This document shows positions 7,904 to 16,846 of a stretch of 64,000 bases of DNA, piece after piece. Each line of letters opens with the position of its first letter. Positions within the stretch are counted from its first letter, which is position 1. The translations under genes and the position numbers were made by a program. Below the pieces are notes generated by a model. That model was not told where the DNA came from. It saw only the letters and a program-made list of their open reading frames with translations, and did not search any database. Origin of the DNA: Candidatus Moraniibacteriota bacterium (GTDB lineage: Bacteria > Patescibacteriota > Minisyncoccia > Moranbacterales > UBA1568); contig JBPOIB010000003.1 of assembly GCA_052034935.1 (NCBI GenBank), forward strand, positions 34,407 through 98,406, read 5' to 3'.

Positions 7904-10762
7904 TTATCTTCGCCGTGCCGATTGAGGAACGTTTGGAATCAGAGCAAAGACAACTCCCGAAGAGAAGAGGATGAGGAAGACTGAGAAGAGGACCTTGAGC
8001 GAAAAGAGGACCGATGCGGGGAGGTAGCTCGCAAGCAAGGCGTAATATTTCTTGGCGCCAGACTGGGTGATATTTGATGTCTCTGGCTGTTCTATTTGGA
8101 TATTTGAATTAAAGTATACCTCCGTCGTATCGAGAGAGGATATCCCCCAGATATCGGTCATTGCCTGACGAATATCCGTACTGGGCCGATAGACCGCCGA
8201 TAATGAGACATTATACACCCCCTGGCCAGGCTTGCTGGCAGCGAAAGAGATCGTATTTGATGATTCATCTCCGACGTTAGAGCGTTCGACTGTCCAAGCT
8301 CGTGCCACTTTTGGCGGAGCCTCGTTCGAGAGAAAGTCTGGTGTGAACAAAACACGCAGCTGCACTGAATTCCCCTCATAGGTTTCAAGCGTGCTCTTGC
8401 TGAATTCAGTGTATGCAACACCTTTTGTATCAATGTATTGTCCAAGGACTTTCGGCCAGACATTGTTCTGGTCATTCGAAATGATTGTCACCGCAGGATC
8501 AACAATTTTGAATGATCGGGTTATGGTAACTGATTTTTCTGTTGAAACAACGTTGTCGAGCTTATTGGCCGTTACAGAGATTGTGAATACATCACCGACG
8601 CTTCCGACGATAGGGAAGAAGTTTATACTACTCTGTTTGTCGTCACTGCAGTTAAGAACTGATACCTTCGTATTACAGATGAGCGGCTGGCCGTTGATTG
8701 ACCAGCTGAAATTAGTAAGATCGTTGCCGGGCACTTGAAGGGCGATAATTTCATTCTTTACCACCCGACAAAGCTTCGCATCAAGGCGCTGAATCACCTG
8801 ATACTCCGGCGGATCAGCCGGATTCACAATCCCTGTGCAGATTTCATTCCCGGCGTTGATCGAGAGCTTGGCGGGACTACCAGCGACATTGACCGTATGC
8901 GCCAAAATCTTATCCTGGCTCGCATTGAACTTGACGATCGTATTGCTCCGGCCGCGCCGACTTGCTCCGGCCGCGCCGAAGTTTTCAACCGTATCGACAC
9001 GGAACCGAAGATAGCCAATATTATTCAGGAGGTAATTCGGGAAAGGAGTACCGCCGAACGTATCGGTACTCCGCATATTCATATTCATCGTCACTTTTGC
9101 GACACCATTCCCCTTGACCGGCGAGAGAAGTTTCCGATTATCCGGCAGGCTATTTACCGCGCTTGTGATATTTTCCCAACTCGGAGGGTTGGACGTACCG
9201 TCTGAGGAAAGCTCCACTCGCCACTCATAAAAGATCCCCTGCGTTCCCTGCGCGCCATTATTCACCGTTGCCGTTACCTCAAGGAGATCGCCATCCCCTC
9301 GGGTTGTGACATCATTGATGACATCTTCGGGCGAAGAAGATACCGTCAGTTCAAGATTGGTCGCCTGACCACCCTCGGTCGGATCGACAAGGTTCTTCTC
9401 CAGGCAATCATTCAAGTCCATCGAAATAGTTGGAAAGCTGATCTGATAGCCCTCAATCTGTTTGATATAGGTCCCCGTGCCACCTGCCTTCTCGCAAGTA
9501 TTCTTCGAAAAAGCCCACATGATCATGTTTGAAGAATCCTTGTGCTTCGTCGGAATCATCGAAGTTCCTTCGACCACGACACCAACCTTGTCTCCTGGGA
9601 TGTAGTTCCACTCGAAAGAATCCCTTCCGAGGCCGGCGACATTGGCTTCATCCTTTGCGCCATTATCCGCCGTCGACGGATCGGACGGATCAGTCTGCCA
9701 GAACTTCTCCTCATCCGCGCCATAGGTCCCGTCACCGACGGTAAAACCCGGAGCCTTGGGGAACAAGTGTTCACAGACCGGATTGGAGTCTCTGGCGCTG
9801 GAATAATCGCAGGTGAGCAACTCAACATCACAACTCCTCGCGGTTGCTGGATTCGCAACGCAACACGGGGTACCTGTCGCACATGCAGCAACCGGCGAAG
9901 GAAGCGAGGGGTCAGAGTTATCACAGTACGGCAGACCCGAGACATAGTCATCGCCCGGCGTCCACTCGAACGTGCTTCCGCTCACCCCGACTGAACCGCC
10001 ACCGACGTCTCCGCTTGCGACGCTACCGCCATCGGCACTGCCCGTAATAGTTCCAGCATCGATATTCGTGCTTGATTCCATGCAGACGGCATACGGAGTC
10101 GTGCCACCACATTCGTTCCAAGCGGTATTATTGATATTATTCACCAGTTCGTAATTTTCCCCATCCTCATTGTCATGATAGTAACAATGGTTCGGAACAT
10201 TGACCCGGTTATCACCACCGAAGCGAGCCTGATACCCGTCATTATCCGTATCCGCAGCATAACTCGCCACTGCGAAATCGAACCCCTTGCTCGCGAGCTC
10301 ACGATGGGCCGCAATCTTCCAGTCGTTCTCTCCGATAAGTCCATTACCATCCAAATCGCAGGACGGAATCGGGGGATTCCCCTTTTTGCACTCAGGATGC
10401 TGTAGATACCAGGTGAAGTAGAGTTTACCCACATCGCTTGAAAAGTACGTAGCGAAAGCTCGGGCCGTAATCCGTTCACCCTCTTTCGGGTCCGAGGGTG
10501 AAAAAAAGAGGGAAACTTCCGGAGTAACCTTTTTCGTATTGGCGACATTCATGTTTTCACCCTGATCCTGAACAGCTCCTGTATCGATATGGTAGCGTTG
10601 TTCAAGCTCCGAAGCCGACTGAGACGGAGTGGGGACGCTTGGAACTTTCGGAGCACTGAAAAGGCCGGCATTCGCCGGCATAACTGAAGTGAAGAGCAAC
10701 TGAAGACTCAGTATGATACGGCCGAAACGAAAAGCCTTTTTGTATTTTGGGGAGCTCGACAT
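7904..10762 (-). CDS. Large Cys-rich cell-surface protein
   Basis: 952 aa; N-terminal signal/TM, C-terminal TM, DxDxDG-type Ca-binding motifs (DLDGNG, DTDNDG), many Cys, beta-rich segments. Confidence 0.75.
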   Translation of the reverse strand: MSSSPKYKKAFRFGRIILSLQLLFTSVMPANAGLFSAPKVPSVPTPSQSASELEQRYHIDTGAVQDQGENMNVANTKKVTPEVSLFFSPSDPKEGERITARAFATYFSSDVGKLYFTWYLQHPECKKGNPPIPSCDLDGNGLIGENDWKIAAHRELASKGFDFAVASYAADTDNDGYQARFGGDNRVNVPNHCYYHDNEDGENYELVNNINNTAWNECGGTTPYAVCMESSTNIDAGTITGSADGGSVASGDVGGGSVGVSGSTFEWTPGDDYVSGLPYCDNSDPSLPSPVAACATGTPCCVANPATARSCDVELLTCDYSSARDSNPVCEHLFPKAPGFTVGDGTYGADEEKFWQTDPSDPSTADNGAKDEANVAGLGRDSFEWNYIPGDKVGVVVEGTSMIPTKHKDSSNMIMWAFSKNTCEKAGGTGTYIKQIEGYQISFPTISMDLNDCLEKNLVDPTEGGQATNLELTVSSSPEDVINDVTTRGDGDLLEVTATVNNGAQGTQGIFYEWRVELSSDGTSNPPSWENITSAVNSLPDNRKLLSPVKGNGVAKVTMNMNMRSTDTFGGTPFPNYLLNNIGYLRFRVDTVENFGAAGASRRGRSNTIVKFNASQDKILAHTVNVAGSPAKLSINAGNEICTGIVNPADPPEYQVIQRLDAKLCRVVKNEIIALQVPGNDLTNFSWSINGQPLICNTKVSVLNCSDDKQSSINFFPIVGSVGDVFTISVTANKLDNVVSTEKSVTITRSFKIVDPAVTIISNDQNNVWPKVLGQYIDTKGVAYTEFSKSTLETYEGNSVQLRVLFTPDFLSNEAPPKVARAWTVERSNVGDESSNTISFAASKPGQGVYNVSLSAVYRPSTDIRQAMTDIWGISSLDTTEVYFNSNIQIEQPETSNITQSGAKKYYALLASYLPASVLFSLKVLFSVFLILFSSGVVFALIPNVPQSARRR

Positions 10763-10764
10763 AG

Positions 10765-11427
10765 TTATCGAAAAATCAACACGACGGCATCAGTAAGAAA
10801 ATAGAAGAACCACGAAGCCCCATAACTGAAGAGGATCGAACGGGACTGATAGGCGATAAGTCCAGCAAAGGGAGCGAAGAGCATCGCTGGTATCGTCTCG
10901 GCAGACACGCCATCACCCAGGTAGACAAGGAGGAAGAACAGGCCCGTCTGGAAAAGCACCGACCACACCCCCCAGCTCCGGAGCCAGAGGAGCATGATAA
11001 AACCCCGGAAAAAGACCTCATACAATAGTGTGATGAACCCATTGACGAGAATCTGGTAGAGGACAAAGAAAAGAAATTTTTCTTCAACAGCCCTGGGAAG
11101 CTGATAGTCCTTGAGCAGCGGGGTAAAGTTCCAAAGAACGAGGAGCGCTGCCAGGGCAACGATAAGAGCGAGAACACTCCCACCAATACCGGCCCAAATA
11201 TTTCCCTTGTGGAAACCGATAGCCGACAAGGGTCGACCTAGCATTATTTTACAATAGAGGAGAGGAATAACCAAGAATACCCCACTGTACGTAATGAAGC
11301 TCCGGACAAGCGGGTCGACATCACCGTAGTCACCGAGATAGAGAAGGAGAATCAAAGAGCTCAGGACGACAGTTGTTGTCCCGATGAACTCTTTGTAGTG
11401 AGCGAGGAAAACGAGTAATTTATTCAT
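10765..11427 (-). CDS. CPBP (CAAX/Abi) family intramembrane protease-like protein
   Basis: Multi-TM with a YEVFFRG motif; downstream His motifs look degenerate. Confidence 0.7.
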   Translation of the reverse strand: MNKLLVFLAHYKEFIGTTTVVLSSLILLLYLGDYGDVDPLVRSFITYSGVFLVIPLLYCKIMLGRPLSAIGFHKGNIWAGIGGSVLALIVALAALLVLWNFTPLLKDYQLPRAVEEKFLFFVLYQILVNGFITLLYEVFFRGFIMLLWLRSWGVWSVLFQTGLFFLLVYLGDGVSAETIPAMLFAPFAGLIAYQSRSILFSYGASWFFYFLTDAVVLIFR

Positions 11428-11534
11428 GGAGTTCTGCCTTCATATCCGAGCATTCGTTCATTTCTCGGAGTCTATTGCACTTAAGAACACGAGCAAGGAC
11501 TACTTCTATTCTATCCTATTTTACTCTTTCCGGA

Positions 11535-12050
11535 CTACGCCTGGGCTACCCCCTGGTTTACACTGACTGAACCAGGCCCAAGAGCCCGACCAATTCGCCT
11601 CCGGACAGCCTGCTGCCCCTTTTGAGCCATTTCAAGAGACATGGCTGACTCGTTTGCATCTTTCTTCGCCAGATAGTATGCAAAGAGGACACTTATTGTA
11701 TTAAATGGAGCCAGCCCAATATAGGGAATGAGGTCTAGGAGGGTAATAAAAAAGAAGGCTATCCGGAGCCAGATACGTCCCCGTCCCCACATGAAGATAA
11801 AAAGGTAGGTCGCTATGAAGGAGCTGAAAAACATCCCGAAAACCCAGCCAACTATCGGAAAAGCGGCAAGAATATCAATCATAAAATCATCAGCCAGGGC
11901 CAGGGTCAAAGGAAACAAGAAAACAGAAAAATCTCCGTCTTTTATCCTCTTTCTGTGCTCGATGGCTGTGCGGACAGCGCTTCGGACGGCTGCCCCCCGA
12001 TTGTTCATTACCCCCGTCCGAGCTGCTGTGGCAAGGTCTGAAAAGGCCAT
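11535..12050 (-). CDS. Membrane protein at the end of the T4SS-like cluster
   Basis: Multi-TM; LDLIPYIGLAPFNTISV segment. Confidence 0.65.
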   Translation of the reverse strand: MAFSDLATAARTGVMNNRGAAVRSAVRTAIEHRKRIKDGDFSVFLFPLTLALADDFMIDILAAFPIVGWVFGMFFSSFIATYLFIFMWGRGRIWLRIAFFFITLLDLIPYIGLAPFNTISVLFAYYLAKKDANESAMSLEMAQKGQQAVRRRIGRALGPGSVSVNQGVAQA

Positions 12051-12059
12051 ACAGTACGA

Positions 12060-14435
12060 TTATGGGTTCTGGGCATCGAATTCGCGCTTCGCCTCCTCGA
12101 TCTCGAGGAGTTGGCGCGGATCCGACGTGATGATCTGGTCTTCGCTATACGAAGCGATTACCTTGATAGCGGCATGTTTGGTTCCAGCGAAGAATATCCC
12201 CTCACCAACATTCGATTCGAGAAGCAAGAACTTCTCATGGTCAGTCAGATAGAAGGTCTCCGTGATGTAGTCGATTGAAGCGGGTGATTGACGGAGGAGG
12301 AGCTGCATCGATGAGTTCGTGATAATCGGCTTACCGTAGCGCGACGACATGAAGTCACTGATGTCCTGCGTGATAGTTGTCAGGCCCGTATAGTATTTGC
12401 GACAGCGCTTCGCGATACCGAACAGGAAAGAGGCGGCGTCCTCGTTCTGCATCATGATCCATGCCTCATCAACAACGATAATCCGCTGCCGCAGCTTAGA
12501 TCGGATATCGTTCCAGATATACTGCAGGATGATATACATCGCCACCGGGCGAAGTTCTTCTTCCAAATCCCGGATATTGAAGACGACGAGCTGATTTTCC
12601 GTATCGATATTCGTCTGTTGATTGAGGAATCCCGAGAAAATACCTTCCGTGTATCGCTGGAGTCTGGCGGCGATGGAATCCGCCCCTTCCATGTTCTGAA
12701 GCACTGCATAGAGGTCAGACATGGTCGGAAATGAGTTGGCTGTGAGCGTGCTAAAGCGCGAGTCTTCATGAATATCGCGGATAGCGTACGCCTCCCGGAT
12801 CGCCTGATCAAGAATCGAATCTTCCTCAGGAGACAACGTGCCGAGCATGAGATGGAGCAAACCGATCAGGTTGGCGATCGTATTCCGATACACGCCATTG
12901 CTCTCATCATCCGTGGTCACCTTCGGCATATCGAACGGATTGAGGTGCACATCGGAATTCAGCGACACCTTCAGGAACGCCCCGCCGACCGTCTCACACA
13001 GATGTTTGTATTCGTTCTCGGGATCAATAATGATGACGTTCGATTCGAACATAAGGGCACGCAGCACTTCCAGCTTGACCGTATAGCTCTTACCAGCACC
13101 CGACTTCGCGAAGACGACCATGTTCGCATTCTCCATCTTGAAACGGTCAAAGAGAATGAGCGAGTTATTATGCCGGTTGATCCCATAGAGGATGCCTTCA
13201 TTCGAAGACAGGTCGGAAGAGACGAACGGAAATGTCGTCGAAAGCGGCTCGGTATTCAGGTTATTTGCAACATCCAGCGCATCGTTCGCCAAAGGGCGGG
13301 TCGAAGCAAAACCAGCATCCATTCGGAGCACCGCCGGCTTCGTATACACCAACTGTGCCTCGAGTATTGCTTCAATCGACTGGACTTTTTGAGCCAGGTC
13401 TTTTTCATCTGATCCGTACAGCATCATATAGAGACCAAAGCGGAAAAACTTTTCGGTCCCCTGCTGGAGCCGGTCCCGCAGTTCCTCGATATTTTGGAGA
13501 GCCGCCTCAAGCATAGGATCGCGGATCTTTCCCTCTTCAATCTCGATATTCATCTGCGACTGGACCTGAGTCGCCGACTTCCGGAGCTGCTTCAATATCT
13601 CGGCGGTTTCAATCGGGTGAATGAAGAGCGCCGTGTCCATCGGAAAATCAAGGTTGATGATTGGAGAAAACCAGTTCGTCGAAAGAAATCGCGGATAGGC
13701 GACAACAAACAGCGTCCGTGCGACGACATCGCCGATTTGCATCGTCGCTGGCGTGACTCGGATTGCGGGCGGAGCGATCAAATCCTTGATTGTCGCCAGC
13801 CCTCTCTGGTAGAGCACCTCCGTATCAACGCTCTCATCAGTAACTGCCGTTTTTTTCTTCCCGAACAGTCCAGAAAAAAAACTTTTCTTCGGCTTCGGAG
13901 CAGGTTCGACCGGCGCAGGGACGGGGGTGGGAGCGAGCTTCTTCTCGGCACGTTCTTCTTTCGTCGGCATGGCGAGAGGCAAACCGAATGGCTTTTTCAC
14001 CGGCGCTTCAGCGGCTGATTTTTCTGATGTTTCCGCAACTGCCTCCTTCTCCGGATTATTCTTGGCATCAGCCGGTTTACTTTTTCCAGAGCCTTTGGCT
14101 TTCCCGGTTATTTTCTGCAGCCAGCCCTTCTTCTCCTCAACTGCTGAAACCTCCAGTATTTTCCCCGTTTTAGGCGGGCGGGCGTCGCCCCGGAGGGTCT
14201 GATTCAGAAGCTCGGAAGCTCGGCCGACTGGAGCAATCCAGTCGCTTTCCTCGTCCGGATCAGCCAGCACCCGCTTCTTTGCTGCGCCCGCTGGCCGAGA
14301 AGCCGGCTCAGGACTGCCTGTCTGATCTCCGTCCGAAACGGACATTTTTGCGAGGCTGGAGGCGTCGAGAAGCGAAGGGTCTACCACAGAAACCTTTTTA
14401 GCTGGCCGATCAAAAATAACGCGATTGGTTCCCAT
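12060..14435 (-). CDS. VirB4-like secretion ATPase
   Basis: Walker A AKSGAGKS, IIDPENEY, LNPFD, Walker B IVVDEAW, RKY and ITQD motifs. Confidence 0.92.
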   Translation of the reverse strand: MGTNRVIFDRPAKKVSVVDPSLLDASSLAKMSVSDGDQTGSPEPASRPAGAAKKRVLADPDEESDWIAPVGRASELLNQTLRGDARPPKTGKILEVSAVEEKKGWLQKITGKAKGSGKSKPADAKNNPEKEAVAETSEKSAAEAPVKKPFGLPLAMPTKEERAEKKLAPTPVPAPVEPAPKPKKSFFSGLFGKKKTAVTDESVDTEVLYQRGLATIKDLIAPPAIRVTPATMQIGDVVARTLFVVAYPRFLSTNWFSPIINLDFPMDTALFIHPIETAEILKQLRKSATQVQSQMNIEIEEGKIRDPMLEAALQNIEELRDRLQQGTEKFFRFGLYMMLYGSDEKDLAQKVQSIEAILEAQLVYTKPAVLRMDAGFASTRPLANDALDVANNLNTEPLSTTFPFVSSDLSSNEGILYGINRHNNSLILFDRFKMENANMVVFAKSGAGKSYTVKLEVLRALMFESNVIIIDPENEYKHLCETVGGAFLKVSLNSDVHLNPFDMPKVTTDDESNGVYRNTIANLIGLLHLMLGTLSPEEDSILDQAIREAYAIRDIHEDSRFSTLTANSFPTMSDLYAVLQNMEGADSIAARLQRYTEGIFSGFLNQQTNIDTENQLVVFNIRDLEEELRPVAMYIILQYIWNDIRSKLRQRIIVVDEAWIMMQNEDAASFLFGIAKRCRKYYTGLTTITQDISDFMSSRYGKPIITNSSMQLLLRQSPASIDYITETFYLTDHEKFLLLESNVGEGIFFAGTKHAAIKVIASYSEDQIITSDPRQLLEIEEAKREFDAQNP

Positions 14436-14438
14436 ATA

Positions 14439-15116
14439 TCAGGATTGGAGTTCAATGCCTTCGATATTCCGGACGACACTCGCTGCGAACATCGACGGAT
14501 TATAGCTATTATAAAGCAGTTCGATCAGCTCTTCGGTTCCGAGCGTGGTAGCCCGGATACCCATTGGAGAAAGGCCGGCCGTCACGTGCTCCACCCGCTG
14601 CATGAGCTGCGTCCGATAGGTATCGAAAAGATCCTCTTTGAGACCGACCGTTTTCTTCGGATGGAAGATATCGCCGATTTTTCCAAAAAACCCACCCTTG
14701 GTATTCTCAACTGGGGAAAATGGGATGACCACGTAGAAAAACTTCGACATGATATTCGATATCTCAGTCAGGTTCTTGATGAAACCCTGGTATTCTTTCA
14801 TTTGAAAACGGAGTAGCTCATTTGGTTGCTGCACCTCTTTTTCTCGCAGAAGCTCAATATACGGGTCGATATTGAAACGTCGCGACTGAATCACTACTTG
14901 GACCGGGAAGTCGAGCGAGTTGAGAAAGTTCTGGTACTGACTAATGATTGAATCCTGTTCTTCACTCGACTTAAGGTCGAAATTGATAGAGGAGACCAAA
15001 AGCACCGCCCGGAGCGCCCCGTTCTTGAGGACCAATGCACCGTCACGAATCTCTTCCACATTGACGTAACGCTGGGTGCTTGATCCGCTCGATTGTTTCT
15101 TGGAGAGGAGTTCCAT
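14439..15116 (-). CDS. VirB4-associated conjugation-type protein (resembles the TraC/VirB4 N-terminal region)
   Basis: AVLLVSSINFDLKSSEEQ...FLNSLDFPVQ...FYVVIP...LIELLYNSYNP; lies between prgI and virB4. Confidence 0.75.
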   Translation of the reverse strand: MELLSKKQSSGSSTQRYVNVEEIRDGALVLKNGALRAVLLVSSINFDLKSSEEQDSIISQYQNFLNSLDFPVQVVIQSRRFNIDPYIELLREKEVQQPNELLRFQMKEYQGFIKNLTEISNIMSKFFYVVIPFSPVENTKGGFFGKIGDIFHPKKTVGLKEDLFDTYRTQLMQRVEHVTAGLSPMGIRATTLGTEELIELLYNSYNPSMFAASVVRNIEGIELQS

Positions 15117-15124
15117 AGGAGCGT

Positions 15125-15517
15125 TTACTTACTATCAAGAATACGAGCGAGACGCGAAAGCTCCTCAGGGCTGATCCGCTTTTCTGCCTTTGCTGGTTTT
15201 GGCGGCTCAACGGGGACCGCTATTTTTTTCGGCCGAGCGACCGGCCGTTCCCAGACAGCCACCTTTGGTCGGAAAAAATAGACGATGCCATGGAAAAAGA
15301 ACGAGACCAGTGGCTGACCTTGCGGCCGATAGAATGCGAGAGCGGAAAAGAGAAGTACAATCGGCACGCCAGTCACAAAAAAGCCGATCAGGCCAATCGT
15401 GTTATAGATGATGAGCAGCGTCACGCCCATCCCCATCATCCAGAGGAGTTGGCGCCACGTCAGGGGACCGGCGATTTTGTCTTCGACATCGATAAATTGC
15501 GGGACACTGAACATCAT
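15125..15517 (-). CDS. PrgI family protein
   Basis: VPQFIDVEDKIAGPLTWRQ followed by two TM helices. Confidence 0.85.
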   Translation of the reverse strand: MMFSVPQFIDVEDKIAGPLTWRQLLWMMGMGVTLLIIYNTIGLIGFFVTGVPIVLLFSALAFYRPQGQPLVSFFFHGIVYFFRPKVAVWERPVARPKKIAVPVEPPKPAKAEKRISPEELSRLARILDSK

Positions 15518-15610
15518 ACGGCGATTTTGTTTCGGGGCGTAGAAAAATTTCTCGCCCGGACCTTTTTACAACAAAAAAGAGGCTTCTTCGTCAGTATACC
15601 ACGCACCCTT

Positions 15611-16828
15611 TTATGCCGATGGCCGATCATCGTTCCTGAGACGAAGCGGCCGAATCGTGTACGGACTCTTCGGAAGGCTCGCACCCGGTTCACGTTTGAT
15701 GCCCTGAGACGGATGCTGCACCGACTGATTCACGGGAGCCGGTGGCGCCATCGGCGCAACTGGTGGAACGGTCTTTTCCGAAGCTTTCTCAGCGGGAAGC
15801 ACATGTCCGGTTGAAAAATGGAGTGTTTCACCAGAAATATTCTTTTCCGGCGGAGTTGTTTTTGAGAAAAGCGGCTTGAGATTGGCGAGTACCGGTGTTG
15901 CTGGTGTTGGCTTCGGCGGCATCACACCAGACGGCCGAATCGCCGGAGCTGGAGCCATCCCTGGAGCGAATGCTGCTGGACGGACAGTACCGACCGGCAT
16001 CGCGCGCGGCTGAATGAAACGATTCGCCACCGGGCGAGCATTCGTATTCACCTGGGTCAATTCCATCGAAGCATCGCTCCCGGCCGGAAAAATGATTGCT
16101 TCACGCTTCGGATCGATATCGAGCGGGAATCCCTCTTCGATCGACTTCAGGATAAGGTTCAGCTTGGCTCGGTCGTCGTTGGTCAACTTCTTCCCATTCT
16201 GGGACTGAAAGAGGAACCCACCGCGCTTTACCGGTTCATGGAAACCGATACCGAGTTCTTCCCGGTAGGAGCGAATCCAATTCGAGAGCGTCGGCCGGAC
16301 CAATTCCGTCGAATTTCGAAGCTTGATCTTCTCGCTCGTGATCAGCTGATCCGTCACATGTTTGTAGTCACTCATCGCCTTCAAAAGGGGCAGTTTGACA
16401 GTTGCAGGTCTTTCCTCTCGTGGAATATATATTTCCTCTTCAATCACAGGTTCCGGCGCGGGAACAATCGTCATGATTTCTTTCTGAATTGCTTCAACAA
16501 TTGCCTTCGCCTGATCTGGACTCCCACCCTCACTAGACTTCAATGCCGAAGCAATTTTCGTTTCTGCTTCGTCGAAATTTAGGTCACCAAAAAATATTTT
16601 TCGTACAGCGAGACTCACTATCGCTACTCCAACTTCTTGAAGCTGAAAGCGCTTTTCGAAGTCCTGCATCTTCTCAACGACTTCACTTGAGACAAGAATG
16701 TCTTTCTTTTTGGTATCAAGAGTCCGAAACTTCACCCACATCTGAAATTCTTCCTCTACAGAATCGGCATCTGTAAAAACAAGCATTGGATAGTAAGCGT
16801 CACTCAGTTTTACTGCGCTGGTTGACAT
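15611..16828 (-). CDS. Hypothetical cytoplasmic protein with a Pro-rich C-terminus
   Basis: 405-aa ORF co-oriented within the T4SS-like cluster; PTLSNWIRSY motif. Confidence 0.65.
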   Translation of the reverse strand: MSTSAVKLSDAYYPMLVFTDADSVEEEFQMWVKFRTLDTKKKDILVSSEVVEKMQDFEKRFQLQEVGVAIVSLAVRKIFFGDLNFDEAETKIASALKSSEGGSPDQAKAIVEAIQKEIMTIVPAPEPVIEEEIYIPREERPATVKLPLLKAMSDYKHVTDQLITSEKIKLRNSTELVRPTLSNWIRSYREELGIGFHEPVKRGGFLFQSQNGKKLTNDDRAKLNLILKSIEEGFPLDIDPKREAIIFPAGSDASMELTQVNTNARPVANRFIQPRAMPVGTVRPAAFAPGMAPAPAIRPSGVMPPKPTPATPVLANLKPLFSKTTPPEKNISGETLHFSTGHVLPAEKASEKTVPPVAPMAPPAPVNQSVQHPSQGIKREPGASLPKSPYTIRPLRLRNDDRPSA

Positions 16829-16846
16829 ATCTCTTTTCTGACTACC

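Noticed and set aside
7682-7984. ORFs overlapping tRNAs (also 50781-51263, 53868-54128 and the 54126 start extension)
   Set aside because: They are explained by the tRNA genes and neighbouring CDSs.
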